Below are positions 61,901-64,000 of a stretch of 64,000 bases of DNA, piece by piece. Origin of the DNA: Squalus acanthias (lineage: Eukaryota). The stretch is from assembly GCA_030390025.1 (NCBI GenBank), contig CM059432.1, positions 186,001-250,000 on the forward strand, in the 5' to 3' direction. Position 1 is the first letter of the stretch. Each line of letters begins with the position of its first letter. The notes under the pieces are model-generated. The model was given only the letters and a program-made list of their open reading frames with translations. It ran no database searches and had not been told where the DNA came from. The position numbers and the translations under genes were made by a program.

Positions 61901-64000
61901 ACCATCCCCCGCTAGACGACCGTCCCCTGTTAGACGTATGTCCCCCGCTAGACGACCGTCCCCTGCCAGACGAGCGTCCCCTGCTAGATGACCGTCCCCC
62001 GCCAGACGACCGTCCCCTGCCAGACGACCGTCCCCCGCTAGACGTCCGTCGCCCGCTAGACGACCGTCCCCCGCTAGACGACCGTCCCCCGCTAGACGAC
62101 CGTACCCCACGAGACGACCGTCCCCCGCTAGACCACAGTCCCCCGCTAGACGACCGTCCCCCGCTAGACGACCGTACCCCACTAGACGTCCGTACACCAC
62201 GAGACGACCGTCCCCCGCTAGACGACCATACCCGCTAGACGACCGTCCCCCGCTAGACGATCGTCCCCCGCTAGACGACCGTCCCCCGCTAGACGACCGT
62301 AACCCACGAGACGACCGTCCCCCGCTAGACCACAGACCCCTGCTAGTCGACCGTCCCCTGCTAGACGACCGTACTCCACGAGATGATCGTCCCCCGCTAG
62401 ACGACCGTCCCCCACTAGACGACCGTACCCCACGAGACGACCGTCCCCCGCTAGACGACCGTACCCCACTAGACGTCTGTACACCACGAGATGACCGTCC
62501 CCCGCTAGACGACCATACCCGCTAGACGACCGTCCCCCGCTAGACGACCGTCCCCTGCTAGATGACCGTCCCCCGCTAGACGACCGTCCCCTGCCAGACG
62601 ACCGTCCCCTGCTAGATGACCGTCCCCTGCCAGACGACCGTCCCCCGTTAGATGACCGTATCCCGCTAGACGACCGTCCCCTGCTAGATGACCGTACCCC
62701 GCTAGATGACCGTCCCCCGCTAGATGACCGTCCCCCGCTAGATGACCGTACCCCGCTAGATGACCGTACCCCGCTAGACGACCGTCCCCTGCTAGATGAC
62801 CGTCCTCCGCTAGATGACCATACCCTGCTAGATGACCGTTCCCTGCTAATGACCATACCCCGCTAGATGACCATACCCCGCCAGATGACCATACCCCGCT
62901 AGATGACCGTACCCCGCTAGACGACCGTCCCCTGCTAGATGACCGTCCTCCGCTAGATGACCATACCCTGCTAGATGACCGTACCCTGCTAGATGACCGT
63001 ACCCTGCTAGATGACCATACCCTGCCAGATGACCGTACCCCGCTAGATGACCATACCCTGCTAGATGACCGTACCCTGCTAGATGACCATACCCCGCTAG
63101 ATGACCATACCCCGCCAGATGACCGTACCCCGCTAGATGACGGTTCACCGCTAGTCGACCGTCCCCTGCTAGATGACCGTCCCCCGCTAGATGACCGTAC
63201 CCCGCTAGATGACCGTACCCTGCCAGATGACCGTACCCCGCTAGATGACCATACCCCGCTAGATGACCGTACCCTGCTAGATGACCATACCCTGCTAGAT
63301 GACCGTACCCCGCTAGATGAGCATACCCTGCTAGATGACCATGCCCTGCTAGATGACCGTACCCTGCTAGATGACCATACCCTGCTAGATGACCGTACCC
63401 CGCTAGATGACCGTACCCTGCTAGATGACCGTACCCCGCTAGATGACCATACCCTGCTAGATGACCGTACCCCGCTAGATGACCGTACCCTGCTAGGTGA
63501 CCGTACCCCGCTAGATGACCGTACTCCGCTAGATGACCGTACCCTGCTAGATGATCGTACCCCGCTAGATGACCATACCCTGCTAGATGACCGTACCCTG
63601 CTAGATGACCGTACCCTGCTAGATGATCGTACCCCGCTAGATGACCATACCCTGCTAGATGACCGTACCCTGCTAGATGACCATACCCTGCCAGACGACC
63701 GTCCCCCGCTAGATGACCGTCCCCCGCTAGACGACCGTCCCCCACTAGATGACCGTACCCCGCTAGATGACCGTTCCCCACTAGATGACCGTACCCCGCT
63801 AGATGACCGTCCCCCGCTAGATGACCGTCCCCCGCTAGATGACCATACCCCGCTAGATGACCGTACCCCGCTAGATGACCATACCCTGCTAGATGACCGT
63901 ACCCCGCTAGATGACCGTACTCCGCTAGATGACCGTACCCTGCTAGATGACCGTCCCCCGCTAGATGACCGTACCCCGCTAGACGACCGTACCCCGCTAG
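52955..64000. repeat. 18-bp GC-rich satellite (CTAGACGACCGTCCCCCG)n, >11 kb
   Basis: Tandem units to the window end; 6-aa periodic ORFs. Confidence 0.97.
54451..54750 (+). mobile_element. V-SINE (HE1-like) 3' fragment with a CR1-type tail, inserted in the satellite
   Basis: GGTGCTCCGGTTTCCTCCCACAGTCCAAA... followed by CR1 3' UTR and (TTTCTATG)n; empty paralogous site at ~53465. Confidence 0.75.

Noticed and set aside
53169..63781. Gly-rich (GDGRLA/GYGHLA)n and (LDDRPP)n ORFs as structural proteins
   Set aside because: They arise because the unit length is a multiple of 3; frames are broken by frequent 17-bp units and there is no gene structure.

Overview
Repeat-dense vertebrate DNA, most likely from a cartilaginous fish (inferred from the CR1, tRNA-SINE and Penelope-type repeats). 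It has three main components. (1) A tandem segmental array of three units of a divergent actin-like gene. Only unit 2 is complete (join 15913..16035, 20433..21428; 372 aa; single CDS intron at the classic codon 41/42 site). (2) A young endogenous retrovirus-like LTR element on the minus strand (11336->3592), 3'-truncated. It has a ~1.67-kb TGTA...TACA LTR split by a MITE and an 18-nt tRNA-Arg PBS. Its gag carries a PSAPPSY late domain and a CCHC knuckle. There is no pol: an in-frame UGA-C leads instead into a ~345-codon non-enzymatic ORF that repeats part of the Gag coiled coil. The env has a signal peptide, an immunoglobulin-like domain and a furin-cleaved class-I fusion module. A related solo LTR lies at 24620-25952. 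(3) Many CR1 LINEs (one near full-length), an RTE fragment, three Harbinger-type MITEs, Penelope-like ends, a SINE-derived 33-bp minisatellite, CT microsatellites, a 500-N gap, and an 11-kb 18-bp satellite running off the right edge. All family assignments come from motif recognition by eye; no searches were run.
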